NCBI GenBank assembly: GCA_951406725.2
Contig: OX597818.1
Span: 112,654,001 to 112,718,000 of the forward strand
Length of the DNA: 64,000 bases
Direction of reading: 5' to 3'
Source of the DNA: Octopus vulgaris
Taxonomy: Eukaryota
Shown here: positions 1 through 12,894 of the stretch, piece after piece
Numbering within the stretch: position 1 is the first letter of the stretch
How the letters are laid out: each line of letters opens with the position of its first letter
Made by a program: the position numbers and the translations under genes
Notes under the pieces: generated by a model
Told to the model about the DNA's origin: nothing
What the model saw: only the letters and a program-made list of their open reading frames with translations
Databases searched by the model: none

Positions 1-44
1 AAATTAAGTGAAATGAAGATAAAAACATTTACTAAACCGGTAAT

Positions 45-116
45 TCTCAGACTGCAGTTTCTTTCTTATCAGCAATAAAGATAATTTATTTGCTCAGGGA
101 GAATTCTTCAGTGAGA
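45..116 (-). ncRNA. Type I hammerhead ribozyme with extended stem II
   Basis: Minus strand: TCTCA-CTGAAGA-[stem II incl. AGCAAATAAA/TTTATTGCT]-GAAAC-TGCA-GTC-TGAGA; stem I TCTCA/TGAGA; palindromic stem III CTGCAG. Confidence 0.85.
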
Positions 117-440
117 CCCTGTTTTTCTGGGATCCTAACTCACTAGAAGCATGTGCGTCTAATGATCTACTCTCCCTAACTAATCATATCACTGCGCAGA
201 CTCCGAACGTCCCGACAAAACTAGGGAATTCTGCTATATCGCCTGGCGCTCATAATGTATCGAGAAATATGTAAACAAATCAAATTGCGATAAAATAAAA
301 ATAATTATAATCGCTGGTATTACTAACACAAGCCATATATTTTTCATATATCAGTACATTAAGGCGAAATATGTGCTAGGAATACAGAAGCTTGATAAAT
401 TAAGTGAAATGAAGATAAAAACATTTACTAAACCGGTAAT

Positions 441-512
441 TCTCAGACTGCAGTTTCTTTCTTTTCAGCAATAAAGATAATTTATTTGCTCAGGGAGAAT
501 TCTTCAGTGAGA
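441..512 (-). ncRNA. Type I hammerhead ribozyme (second tandem copy)
   Basis: Same intact core and stems as 45-116. Confidence 0.85.
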
Positions 513-1685
513 CCCTGTTTTCTGGGATCCTGACTCACATGTGTATATACGTATATATATATGTATATATATGTGTGTCTGTATATATATATATATATAT
601 GTATGTATAGGTATAGGTATGTATGTATGTATGTATATTTACATATATACCAAATTAATTTCAACAATATTTTTTGTTTATCAATGGTAAAATTATGATT
701 TAGAAAAACATCTTTAAATGTTTTAAAGTTGAAAAATTAATATTTTCAAAACAGATAAATTGAACATTATGAATTAGTAGGACAGGTGTAAGTTTGAATG
801 TTCATAGCAGTCAATAATATTAAAACTGTATATCAATTTGTTTGAATGTGCAATGCTCATTAATGTTATTTGTGATAGACAAGTCTTACTGAGTTAAGAG
901 GGAAATAAATAAGGGAGAAATGAAATTTGGTTTACAGTTTCTCTGATCCTCTTTCCGTAGACGCTTTCGCTTGTAGTGGTATGTTTTGGGATCAGGTGTA
1001 TTTACAATTTTTGATTCGTTAAAATACTGGCGACGTTTTTGCGGTGGTCAATCTTGTCGTTCTGCTTGGTTGGCTTCCCTGTGGAGACGGTCATCAGTCG
1101 TTCCGGTTCGTTGGTTCTCATAAAGAGTAATTTCGATGTATTTCCTGAAGTCCGGTTTTGATTGGTCTGGAGTTAGATGACGTCAGCAACGGGTGTTTGT
1201 AAAACGTCACTGGGCTAGAGGAAGGGGTGACGTCGGAAACTTATGTTTAATTTGGTGATTTGGAGTTTCGGTTTCGGAACCCGGCTGGAACCTGGTGTTT
1301 TTTTTCTGGAGAAATTTTACTGCTTTTCCTTCTTTCTAAAGGATATTAAGCTGTGGTTTACATTTTTTAATTAGTATGTTTTCTTTATTTAAACGGAATT
1401 GGGTTGAAGTGTTTCCAAATCACCATGCAAACACCAGTTGCTAGTTTGCGCCATTATAATCCATATATAGGGACCCGCGTTAGTATATTATAAGGGGCCC
1501 ATCCCCTCTAGTTTGAATGTTTTATTCCTCGTGGAAGAATGCATTATTTCAGCCTGGCTGTTTTTGTAGACAGTTGAAATGAAGACTTCAAACAATGAAT
1601 AAGTGAATAAATGATAGCATTGTAGTTGCGGGTTGGCCCCGTTAGTCTCCAGGCAACCAATACTTTTAGATTCAGTTCACCACTG

Positions 1686-2063
1686 TGTATATGTGTGTGT
1701 TCGTGTGTTTGTATGTTTGTATGTATGTATGTATGTATGTATGTATGTATGTATGTATGTATGTATGTATGTATGTGTGTGTATGTATGCATATATGTAT
1801 GTATGTATGCATGTATGTGTGTATGTATGTATGTATGTTTGTATGTTTGTTTGTATGTATGTATGTATGTTTGTATGTATGTATGCATTTGTGTATGTAT
1901 ATGTATGTATGCATGTATGTATGTATGTATACATGTATGTATGTATGTATGCATGTATGTGTGTATGTATATGTATGTATACATGTATGTATGTATATGT
2001 GTATGTATGTATGTATGTATGTATGCATGTATGTATGTTTGTTTGTTTGTATGTATGTATGTA
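1686..2063. repeat. (TATG)n microsatellite, imperfect
   Basis: Direct reading. Confidence 0.95.
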
Positions 2064-2179
2064 CTTACGAACGCACGCTTGTTCTCTGTTTCTGACAATA
2101 TTCTTCCTTTGAGGAAGGCGCTGGTTTCTAAAAGCGTTACAAAGCAACATCTGTAGATTGTAGATAAGGAAACAATGTC

Positions 2180-2415
2180 ACAATTAAAAACTGAGAAACG
2201 TCTTTCATCGTGTTATTGTTCTGTATACAGACTGTATTTGTAACGTGTGTGTCGGTTGATTTCTGTTGCTGAAAATTCGAGCTTTTCTAGATTGAAAATT
2301 AGGCATTTATTTAAAACACCAAGTGCCTCCACTATTATTGGTACAAATGTAAATGTGTAAACCAGATATAGAAGCCGGACTTTCGAAGCAGTTTTCCATA
2401 GTTATCTTGTATAAA
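2180..2415 (-). mobile_element. R4/Dong-like RLE non-LTR retrotransposon 3' fragment (degenerate)
   Basis: Minus-strand translation ...YTFTFVPIIVEALGVLNKCLIFNLEKLEFS..., homologous to the copy at 3060-3745. Confidence 0.65.
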
Positions 2416-2576
2416 AGTGTGTATGTATGTATGTGTGCATGTAAGTATGTATGTACGTATATGTCTGTGTGTATGTATTTATGTTATTATTCAAATTTAT
2501 TTCAAAAATTCTTGCCAAGTGCGACATGACCTGTTTCTAACCCAAGTCCCAAGTCCGTTCATTGGAATTTCATCAC

Positions 2577-2639
2577 ATGTATGTATGTATGTATGTATGT
2601 ATGTATGTATGTATGTATGTATGTATGTATGTATGTATG

Positions 2640-2673
<34 letters not shown>

Positions 2674-2833
2674 TGTACGTATATGTTTGTGTGTATGTAC
2701 TTATGCATGTATATATGTATGTATGTATGTACGTATACGTATGTGTGTGTATGTATGTATGTATGTATGTATGTATGTATATATGTATGTATATATGTAT
2801 GTATGCATGTACGTATTTAAGTATACATGTATG

Positions 2834-2864
<31 letters not shown>

Positions 2865-2995
2865 ACGTATGTATGTATGTATGTATGTATGTATGTATGT
2901 ATGTATGTATGTACGTATTTAAGTATGCATGTATGTATATATGTATGTGTGTATGTATGTATGTATATATGTATGTGTGTATGTATGTATGTAAA
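2577..2995. repeat. (TATG)n microsatellite, imperfect
   Basis: Direct reading. Confidence 0.95.
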
Positions 2996-3059
2996 TGTAC
3001 AGATTTGTATGTCTTGTTTTATGCATGACTTCTCAGGCATATACTTGCATATCTAGACA

Positions 3060-3745
3060 TGCACATATATACTTAAATGAAAGGTTTACAAACTGGAGAG
3101 GTTCACAGATTTTTACAGTTCCAGTGATGGCTTGGATCTGTAGTGTCCGAAACAGTTTTCTCCTTTCTGTTTTCGAGAAGCCTAATTTCTCAAGATTGTC
3201 ACTTACTCAGTATGTTATGTATTCCAATGCCATAATAATTACAGTTGTAAACCTGAACTTGGAACCTGGATTAGAATAACTGCATATTTCTCAATAGCTT
3301 AGCATAGGTGTTCTTTTTTCCCTTTTTTTAGCTTTATGGGCAGCTAATTTCCACAACTGTACGCGGATTCTCTTCTCTTTACAAATTCTTATATCAGGCC
3401 TGTTGTGCTTACATTTAGCTGAGGTTTACACTGGGGCATTTCACCGGTACTTCTTTTTATTATGCGTGGCTATGGCGTCTACCATTCTGTGGGTTCTTAT
3501 TTCTTTGTCGTCGCCGTTATCCTTCCAACAGATTTCATTACAGAGTGTCCTATCTACAACATCATGTCTCATCGGTAGATAATACCGTAATTACATTTTC
3601 GTACAACTGCTTATGATGTGGCTGACACCTTTGATGTTAACGCCACAAAGTCTGCATCGGTTGTCACATTTTACTGATTTACCTGTTTCTACCCATTTCC
3701 TGCATCAGGTATTAGGTTGATATTTCCTGTTCCTGGATTTCTAAC
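3060..3745 (-). mobile_element. R4/Dong-like RLE retrotransposon C-terminal fragment (frameshifted)
   Basis: IQEQEIST...CDNRCRLCGVNIKGVSHIISSC (CCHC knuckle)...YYLPMRHDVV...CKHNRPDI (RLE PD motif)...NLEKLGFSK...IQAITGTVKIC. Confidence 0.85.
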
Positions 3746-3836
3746 GCATACCCTTCAAAGTGGGAGGTAGTAATCCGGTTGTTGGCCCATGATCGTCTGC
3801 TTTGTTAATCAATGTTACTATAATTTCGTATATATG

Positions 3837-3868
<32 letters not shown>

Positions 3869-3870
3869 TG

Positions 3871-3904
<34 letters not shown>

Positions 3905-5099
3905 CATGCATGTATGTATGTATGTATGTATGTTGTATGTATGTATGTATGTATGTATGTATGTATGAATTTACACATGTACTCATCTGGGAGGTCAGAT
4001 GTTAAACAGCGCTGATAAATGAAAAAGATAGCAGTGTTTTTTTTTTCTCTCATTCTCTAACGGTTGGAAATTACTGAGATCAACGATATTGTTTTATGCT
4101 CCCAGCTGTCGTTCGATACATACTTCTTTTCACTATATGCAACTCTTCAGATAATCCATACATTATTAGACAAATACAAATGCAGCGTCCACATACCTTA
4201 TTGTCGGCTGTTATTCCAATTACAGTTGTATAGCTAAGGCATCCGTTGCATGTATCCATTATATTGATTCGCCTGCAAAATTTCAATGCATTATTTTATT
4301 CCATCATTAGAGTTTGGCTTTTAATGATTTGATTGTAGTCATGTCGAAGCGCATCCAGAGGAAGTTTAGTTGAAAATATCGACAACGTTACATGTTTTAT
4401 CGATATCTATTTTCCGAAGAGCTACTTCATGAAACGATATCTCTAATCTTATAATAATACAGAAGCTTCCCATTCTCACGAAGCACTATTTTTATCTATT
4501 TCTTGTTATTGATTGACAATATCAGCATACTGCTGATTCCGGCTCAGGAATATCAATGCATTGACGGAATGGTATTATGTGGAATATTTTGATACTAACT
4601 CTAAAGTAGAAAGTGTAACTATCTGAAATTTACTTTTGTGAAAATATACGCGTGCGCAATTATAGACGTTAGAAGTCGTATCTGTTTTAGAACAGAAATG
4701 GTCTTCAGTACCTGTATACTTATATACGAGAACACATATGCATACACAGACACAAACAGAGAACCATGATATATGTATACATATAGATTCACACATACAC
4801 GCATACATACACACATTACATTTTCACTACACTATTTCAACCACACAAGTGATTATATGTCTGTAATTTCATTCGCAGTCATACAAACATACGCCAATAC
4901 ATTTAAACATTCATAGCAACACTAACAGACATATACACACCTCACCTAAGCATGGCTGTGCATATTTCTAAGCCATAAAAATATATACATACAGAGGTGT
5001 ATTCATAAATCCGTATATAGGTATTTTGTGTACATACAAGCGTTTATGCATATATATATATATATACAAAGATATATATACATATATATATACACATAC

Positions 5100-5160
<61 letters not shown>

Positions 5161-5217
5161 TGCACACATATATGTATACACACACGAACACATGTATAAG
5201 GTTTATATGAATATCTA

Positions 5218-5260
<43 letters not shown>

Positions 5261-5283
5261 ATATCTATCTATCTATCTATCTA

Positions 5284-5344
<61 letters not shown>

Positions 5345-8003
5345 GTGTGTGTTCGTGTTTGTATGTGTGTGTTCGTGTGTGTGTAAATACATATACAAGT
5401 ATACGTTCCAGACAGACGCACTTTCGTACATATATACTAATATAAACAAAATTTCGTCTAAACATTTCACTATTTTGTGTCAATATTTTGATCAGCTCTT
5501 TATTGCTATGTGAGATATTGGTTTTTAAATTACAATCATCATACGCAACACATCTCCAAGCTATATATTCACCGTTACATTATCAAAAGAAAAATTATTG
5601 TAAATACCATACGTTTAGAAGTTCGTATCGGAATCCGAATATGGTGGTGTAATTTTTACAGCGCTACGAAAGTATAAAAGGCTTCATAATCTAAACACAT
5701 GTATTGAAAAAACAAAAAATAATACAAACATCAGTCTAAGTTCATTACAGGCCCTGTTAACTGTTATATCATAAAATAATGACATTAGTTTCGAGAAATA
5801 CTTGCATTGCGTGAGAAAGAGAATCTTATCAACATATATTTTTAATAAACATAACTTTAGCTGTAATTTTCTAATATTCCAAACGTTTACACGCCATATT
5901 GATTTAATCGGTTATATTAATTAATTTTATCTAAGTAGATAGAGCATAGTTTTTCTATTTGATAACTATATGCTATTTGTATCTGAGTGGAAACACTTTT
6001 TGAATAGAATTGAGTGCCGTACAATATACAACCAAATTTAAATCAGATAAAACAGATAAGATGTATACTTGTATAGTTACGTATCAATATCTGGGAGATC
6101 GATGTGCAAATATTGGTTGTTTTGAACTGGATGACATTGTATTTTAGACATGAAATATGTGATAATCTCAAAGGCACAGCAGACACTTCCAATTTCTAAG
6201 GAGAAATTGAAACCGAAATGATACTTTAAAACAGCTTGCTAGTGTAAATTCAGTCAGACGAAACCTCAGAATGCCAGATGCGAGTAGGTTTGAAGGGTAA
6301 TCCGGAAAGAATAGCTTCAGAGATGTAATCAATTCAAAGACACCGAACTTGAGGTGAAGTCCAAATCTTTCCATGGTAACTGAGCGTATAAACGCGGGAC
6401 AAAATTCCGTATATTCATGGCAATGGATTACAATAATAAAAGAGGATTCAATGGAAATACAAAATCAGATCGTTGTCTGAAATCGATTATTTCTGTTTGT
6501 CTCGAACTACGTTGGCCTTCACCAAAGATCTTTGCCAGGGTAATACATCACACTTCTTATATAACAGCAACGACGTGGTCGTCGTTTCATCTTTACGATT
6601 TTATCTCTAATCAAGATGAAGAAAGGGTATATGTTAGAAGCAATGATATTTCGTCGGGTTCAGGTTCTGATAAAGATAAATGTTTATTGATTCACAGAAT
6701 ACAATGAAATCTTCTGTGATTTGGGAAAAAGATCAATAGCAGACTCTATCTCTAATTTTTACTTTCATTGTTCCATAGAAGCGTTTGATATTGGCAGGCA
6801 ATATTTTAAGATCCACTCGTAATCACTATATGAAACAAAAGGCGAATTTTGTTTGCTGTGTAACGTACAACATACAAACGTGCTGATGAGTATATATAAA
6901 TATCATCCACTGAATTACATCTGTTTCATATACATTAAAAACAAGCGATACGTAAGAGACGTGGTCTGTAAACATGAGTAGTGAATGGGACATTCAAGAT
7001 AAAAGGAATGAAAAAATATCAGCGATTCATGAAATATAAGTAACTATTTAAACAATAGCACACCTACATTTACATACGTGTCTATGTCTATCTATCTATC
7101 TGTCTATCTATCTATCTATTTATGTATCTATCTATTTATCTATCTATATATGTGTGTATATGTGTATATATGGGTATATGAATATACATATACATACACA
7201 CACACATATATATGTAATCATATATATATATATACATACTTATATATATATATATATGTTTGGCAAAAGTTTAGATTCAGATGAATATGGTACTTAAGTT
7301 GAGGTACCAGAATTTAGTACGGTATTATCATACAATTTCAAAGCAAAGTGATTAAAATCAAAATAAGCAATAAGGATATCCAAAAGTAATGGTGTACGAT
7401 CGTTTCATGCAACTCCATTTAACTGAACAATGCAATCATTACATTAATTTAAAATGTAAAGTAATTTTCAGCTGCACAAAGACATAGAATTTAATTAAAT
7501 TAGAAAAGATGGACACATTAGTATAACTATACCTAAAATCTCCAAGAAGTTAAGGAGATAGACACAGAACATGTTGCCTCTACTGCAGCATAGAAGTTAC
7601 TAAAATTATCAAGAAGACACTGTCTGACACTGATTTCTTTGTCTTTATGGGGTCAGTTTTAATTTATAGACTAGTTTATCAAATCTCTTGTATATATAAG
7701 CCTGAGAGAACCGATGGCAGTATGTGTTATGGGTAGGGCTTAGTGCAGTAAACAGACATTCTAATTGGTATAGTCATCAAAAAATCAAGATTTGACCCTC
7801 CATAAATCATATTTTAGAATGTATGGGGGCAACTGTCTTCGAAGACAGTTGAATGTTCGAAATGAAGAGTACATAGATAGCCGACAACCGATGAAGGGTC
7901 CTTTTTTGTGTTTACTTGTCCTGTTTTCCATTTTCCCTCGTTATTTACGTATTTAACTCGTTTGTTTACGTATTTCATGTTGTTTAAACGATTGGTGACT
8001 TCC

Positions 8004-8051
<48 letters not shown>

Positions 8052-8069
8052 CATACATACATACATACA

Positions 8070-8129
<60 letters not shown>

Positions 8130-8822
8130 AAGTATAAGGAAAGGAAAAAAATATAGGCGTAGACGATCTCTGAATCCAAAGTTGGAATAAATCCATTGAA
8201 GATTCTACAAATTGTTTCGAAGTCTAATAAATTAAAACAAGAAAATGAAAAAAAAAGTAATGCTTTTAAAATCCGAATTAGGCTTTCGTTTGAAATCATC
8301 ATATTATTAACTTTGAATTACGGTATTTGCTACGTTTTAGTGGATAATGTATTGGTTTTTAATTTTTTAATATTTTAATTGGCTAACTCTATTATTCCTA
8401 TTAGTTAGTAGACTATTGTTTCATTAACTTTATGTGCAGTTTAGACTGTAATGGCAATTGTCATTATCAAATATTTATATAATGTGAATATATTGTTTTA
8501 TTCAAAGCTGAAGTCTTATTTTTATCTATACATATATTGTTTCCGGGTTTGAATTGTCTGGCGTTCGGGTATTTTCCTTCTATCATAATTTCATTGTTTG
8601 TTCCCGTCTGGGCTATCAAAGGTCTTTATATATCTTTTTGTTGGTCAAACCTATTCATTCCAATAATGAATTCCTGAAGAAAAGCCTAATTTAGATTTCA
8701 AAATGATTATTTTCTTTCGTTTTGGTTCGGAAATAATTCGTTTTGGAAACTATGTGTAGGGTCCCAATTGCATTTGTACCAACTTTAGATTTTGTCTACA
8801 CCTTTATTTTTTTCTTTACTTA
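8130..8822. mobile_element. Degenerate PLE-derived element with inverted arms (8130-8295 vs 8670-8822) between (TA)n tracts
   Basis: Left AAAAATATAGGCGTAGAC..ATCCAAAGTTGG..AATCCGAATTAGGCTTT matches the reverse complement of the right arm; the right arm carries an HHR motif. Confidence 0.6.
8671..8761 (+). ncRNA. Type I hammerhead-like motif with ~65-nt stem II insert (probably decayed)
   Basis: TTC-CTGAAGA...GAAAC-TATGT-GTA-GGG; stem I relies on GU pairs. Confidence 0.5.
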
Positions 8823-8935
8823 TAATTTATTTATTTATTATACCAATATTGAACATATAATTTTTTATATATTCTTCCTTTGGATTGAACCGGCGGATTT
8901 CATTCTTTAACATCACTTTCAAGAATTTTGGTCCT

Positions 8936-8994
<59 letters not shown>

Positions 8995-9149
8995 GAAATG
9001 AGGTACTAAGAAAATCAGATGGTTTATATTTACAGATATTTATTTGTATATTACATTTTTTATATATCATATAACTTAGATCATGTATTAGCACTTTCTC
9101 CCATTCTAGTGGGGTTTTCAAATTAAACTAAGTTCCTGTGTGAGGAGTC

Positions 9150-10205
9150 TTGACCATTATATATATATATATATATATACAAAAGTCACCAGCAAAAGTC
9201 ACCAGCGGTGTTCCCCAGGGAACTGTTTTGGGTCCGCTACTCTTCATAATTTACGTAAACGACCTTTCCAGTGTCGTACATCACTGCAAAGGGAAAATAT
9301 TCGCTGATGACACTAAGCTCCAGCAAATCGTCAATGAAGAAGCAGACCGAACTCAACTCCAGTCTGATCTATATGCTGTGAGTCAATGGGCAGACAGAAA
9401 CAAAATGCAACTGAATGAGGGAAAATTTGAGCTGATGCATTTTGGAAGAAATTCCTCACTAAAACAACCATACTCTCTTCCTTCAGGGGAACCGCTCTCA
9501 GCCTCTAACAATATCAGAGACCTGGGTGTAATTGTTGATGACGATCTCAGTTGGAGTGCACACATCAACAAGAAGGTCGATATAGCTCGTAGGATGAGTT
9601 CCTGGATCTTAATAACTTTCCGGTCCAGAGAACAAGGTGTCATCATACCACTTTTTTCCTCCTTTGTACGGCCACACCTTGAATACTGCTGCCCACTGTG
9701 GTCTCCTCACACAAGACAAAACATCTCCAGAATTGAGTCACCCCAGAGGGCTCTCACTAAACAAATTGAAGGCATGGCTGCTCTCGATTATTGGGATCGC
9801 CTTAAAGCCTTGAAACTTTACTCCCTCCAGCGTCGCCGTGAGCGGTACATCATTTGTACGATGTGCAAAATATACCGCCAACTTTGCCCAAACGACCTAA
9901 ACATTAGCTTCAAGGTTCATCCAAGACTTGGACCACGGGCTATACGTCCCCTGCCAAATTCAAGATCACAACATACACGTACACTGCAACATAATTTCTT
10001 TTCCTCAACAGGCCCTGCCCTATTTAACATTGTCCCGAGGGAGATCAAAGAGGAAAAGGATCCCATCAACTTCAAACAGAGTCTGGATAGATTCCTTCAA
10101 AGAATACCAGATAAGCCACCCATAATTGGATACAACTCACCCAACAAGAACTCACTACTTGAACAAAACTGGATACAACTCACCCAACAAGAACTCACTA
10201 CTTGA
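9150..10205 (+). CDS. Reverse transcriptase C-terminal half of a CR1-group LINE ORF2 (5'-truncated; first ~10 aa derive from the TA repeat)
   Basis: SGVPQGTVLGPLLFIIYVNDL, FADDTKL, DLGV, RPHLEYCCPLWSP and LYSLQRRRER motifs; stop-free for ~340 aa. Confidence 0.92.
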   Translation: MTIIYIYIYIQKSPAKVTSGVPQGTVLGPLLFIIYVNDLSSVVHHCKGKIFADDTKLQQIVNEEADRTQLQSDLYAVSQWADRNKMQLNEGKFELMHFGRNSSLKQPYSLPSGEPLSASNNIRDLGVIVDDDLSWSAHINKKVDIARRMSSWILITFRSREQGVIIPLFSSFVRPHLEYCCPLWSPHTRQNISRIESPQRALTKQIEGMAALDYWDRLKALKLYSLQRRRERYIICTMCKIYRQLCPNDLNISFKVHPRLGPRAIRPLPNSRSQHTRTLQHNFFSSTGPALFNIVPREIKEEKDPINFKQSLDRFLQRIPDKPPIIGYNSPNKNSLLEQNWIQLTQQELTT

Positions 10206-10359
10206 ACAAAACTGGATACAACTCACCCAACAAGAACTCACTACTTGAACAAAACTTGACTTAAAGAGGATTCGAATAATCCTATCAGGTGGTGCTATTA
10301 AGTTAGACATGGCCTGGACCAATCTCTGGTCGAAACATATCTAAGTTTATCTAAGTCTA

Positions 10360-10363
<4 letters not shown>
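9180..10363 (+). mobile_element. CR1-group LINE, 5'-truncated, inserted in (TA)n
   Basis: RT ORF, 3' UTR stem-loop GACCA-ATCTC-TGGTC, short-repeat tail (TATCTAAG-like), TA tracts on both sides. Confidence 0.88.
10128..10256 (+). repeat. 43-bp tandem repeat x3 at the LINE ORF end
   Basis: GGATACAACTCACCCAACAAGAACTCACTACTTGAACAAAACT at 10128, 10171 and 10214. Confidence 0.95.
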
Positions 10364-10401
<38 letters not shown>

Positions 10402-11099
10402 AGTGTTTGTGTGTAAGTGTGTGTATGTGTCTGTATACGCGGGCTACTTTTAGTTTTCGCCTACCAAATTTATAGTAGAAAACACTTATTTAGGGTGCTA
10501 TGCATTGGGACTGAACCTGAAATCAGGGCATGCTGGTTGTGAAAGGTTTGTACCGTGTCCTCCCAAATGGTTCTAAGTAAGCTTTCATTGAAATTCTGAT
10601 TTTCTTTGGGTTGAGCACGTTTTAATTTTCTCGATTTCTTTGCGTTTGGTGATTTTGTTAATGACACAATGTATTGATATTGTACGACTGTTCTTCATAG
10701 GCATTCTATCACTAATGCTGGTCATTCTTGTCCAGGAGATAGAGTTAAGAAAATTATTTTTAACACAGTATCGGCGCAAGAGTCCCTGTGTGGCAAGGAG
10801 CTCGCTGACTGCTACCAAGTTGTCGCGTTGATTTTCGTAGCGGTTGAAGTCACGTCGTACGAGAAAAATTGACTACAAGTAAAGCATCTTTTTGGGGGGA
10901 TGGTGGGGGGGGGCTTTGCAGTGTCTGCTGTTTGTACTTTAGTATTTTTTTTCGAACAGGGTCTCCACTGGGTTCCAGGCATTTGTTTGCCAGTGGTCGT
11001 GTAAGAAGACTCACTGCGTAGTGAGAATTGTGTTTATTTTGGCAGGTGTGTCACTCCGAAATTTTTTTAGAAATTTCTATTACAGTGTTTGTGCACATT

Positions 11100-11497
<398 letters not shown>

Positions 11498-12569
11498 AGA
11501 GAATTTGTGCAATGTAGGTACGTCGGCATCTGATGCTCCATTTACCGAGGGAATAATGGAAGTTGACCCCGATCTGATAAATCCGCTTGGAATACTTTTT
11601 TTCTTATATTTCAACTTCAGAGGATTCACTCGACCATATTTAAAATTCAAGTTGGATGTTCCAAATGCCTATGGTAGAATTTATTTTAGAGTACTGAAAT
11701 GTGTCAGTATCATTCTAATAGCGCGTATGTTCTCTCTTTAATTTGCCGCTTTGAAATGTAATACACGCGACTGCCATACGTTGTATTAAATTATTTTCGG
11801 TCCCATTGATTATTCAGATGGCAATTCAATATTTGTTTTGTATATTGCAATAACGCTTTCTAAGCAGACGTCTCTCAGGTAAATATATATTTTTTAATAT
11901 CTACTTCTAAGAGATTGCTAATATATTGTCTTTTTACTACAACATATTGTTTAAAGATGAAACACATATTGATTTCCAAATGTTGCTTATATCGTAATTT
12001 CTTGCAACGAAAGCCAATGCCATGAAGTGTGGCATAAAATATTTCAAAACTGTAAAACTTATTTCGAAGAAATATTACTTTTGAGATCTGATTAATTTCC
12101 CCACATACACCCAGCAATACTAAAAAAAATAATACCATAATTAAAAATAACAAATAAAAATATGCCGAAAACCAATCAAATGAAACAATGCTCAAAATTA
12201 TGACAAGCAAAAATATAAATAGTGAACAGAAAATAAACACTTTAAATTTAATTTCAAGGAAACTTTGTTTCGGGCTGTCTGCTCATTTTTGCGTAGCACA
12301 TATTTTAGTTTCCACTGACTGAAAGACGCGTGTGTGTGTGTGTGTGTGGGGGGTGTCTGTGCGTTTGTGTGTGTGTGTGTATGTGTGTGTGTGTGTGTAT
12401 AAAATGCTTGTGCCACCCTTTGAATTCACAGATGTATTTCTGTGTCCATATTTCTAGCATCTTGTACAGAGCTTTCATGTACAGAGTAACTAGCATCTTG
12501 TACAGAGTAACTTACACTCAATAAATAATATAGTGTGTTGCAAACGGCACCACTTGAAGGTTGACACAT

Positions 12570-12890
12570 TACAAGCTGGTGGTCAACACAAAATTATCAC
12601 AAGCTATGTCAAATGCAGGCCTGTTTCAGAGTGACTGAGTAGATCGCAATCGTCAGTGTATAAGGGTTCCCTAATTAGGGAAGTAAAAACCTTTATGTTG
12701 AATACCAGTCTGGTTAGATTAAAAGCATTCACTGTTGTTCTATATTTTTTGTAAATATCCTCCTTGGGGTTTTGTAAAGCGCATGACAGCACAGCAGCAA
12801 ATTATATTGCAAAGAGGGTAGGGGCATCAAGGTTCCCTTGCTTTACTCCATTTTCCACGGCAAGCGATTCAGAGAGCACATGCCCTGAAG
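12570..12890 (-). mobile_element. RTE (BovB-like) LINE RT fragment
   Basis: Minus strand: VENGVKQG..APTLF...YRT...FNL.RL...LIREPLYTDDCDLLSHSE (degenerate YADD). Confidence 0.8.
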
Positions 12891-12894
12891 GTTA

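Larger units (their letters stand above)
1..538 (-). mobile_element. PLE pLTR / non-LTR retrozyme-like tandem repeat (direct repeat 1-143 and 397-538, period 396 bp), one HHR per copy
   Basis: Near-identical ~140-bp copies aligned by eye; each carries a minus-strand HHR; the element ends in a (TA)/(TG) tract; copy 1 is cut by the window edge. Confidence 0.8.

Noticed and set aside
1050-1100. Minus-strand CTGATGA-CC..GG-GAAG
   Set aside because: GAAG instead of GAAA, and no stem III, UH triplet or stem I
1544-5513. Many long ORFs rich in YIHT/MYVC/IY
   Set aside because: They are translations of stop-free microsatellites, as are similar ORFs throughout the window
6168-6800. Host exon or LINE RT relic
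   Set aside because: Only faint RT-like hints with many stops; cannot be supported
7390-7410. Minus-strand GAAACGATCGTA (HHR 3' half)
   Set aside because: No matching CUGANGA found upstream
10128-10256. CRISPR-like appearance of the 43-bp and 36-bp (59091) repeats
   Set aside because: Units are adjacent with no spacers; eukaryotic context; no cas genes
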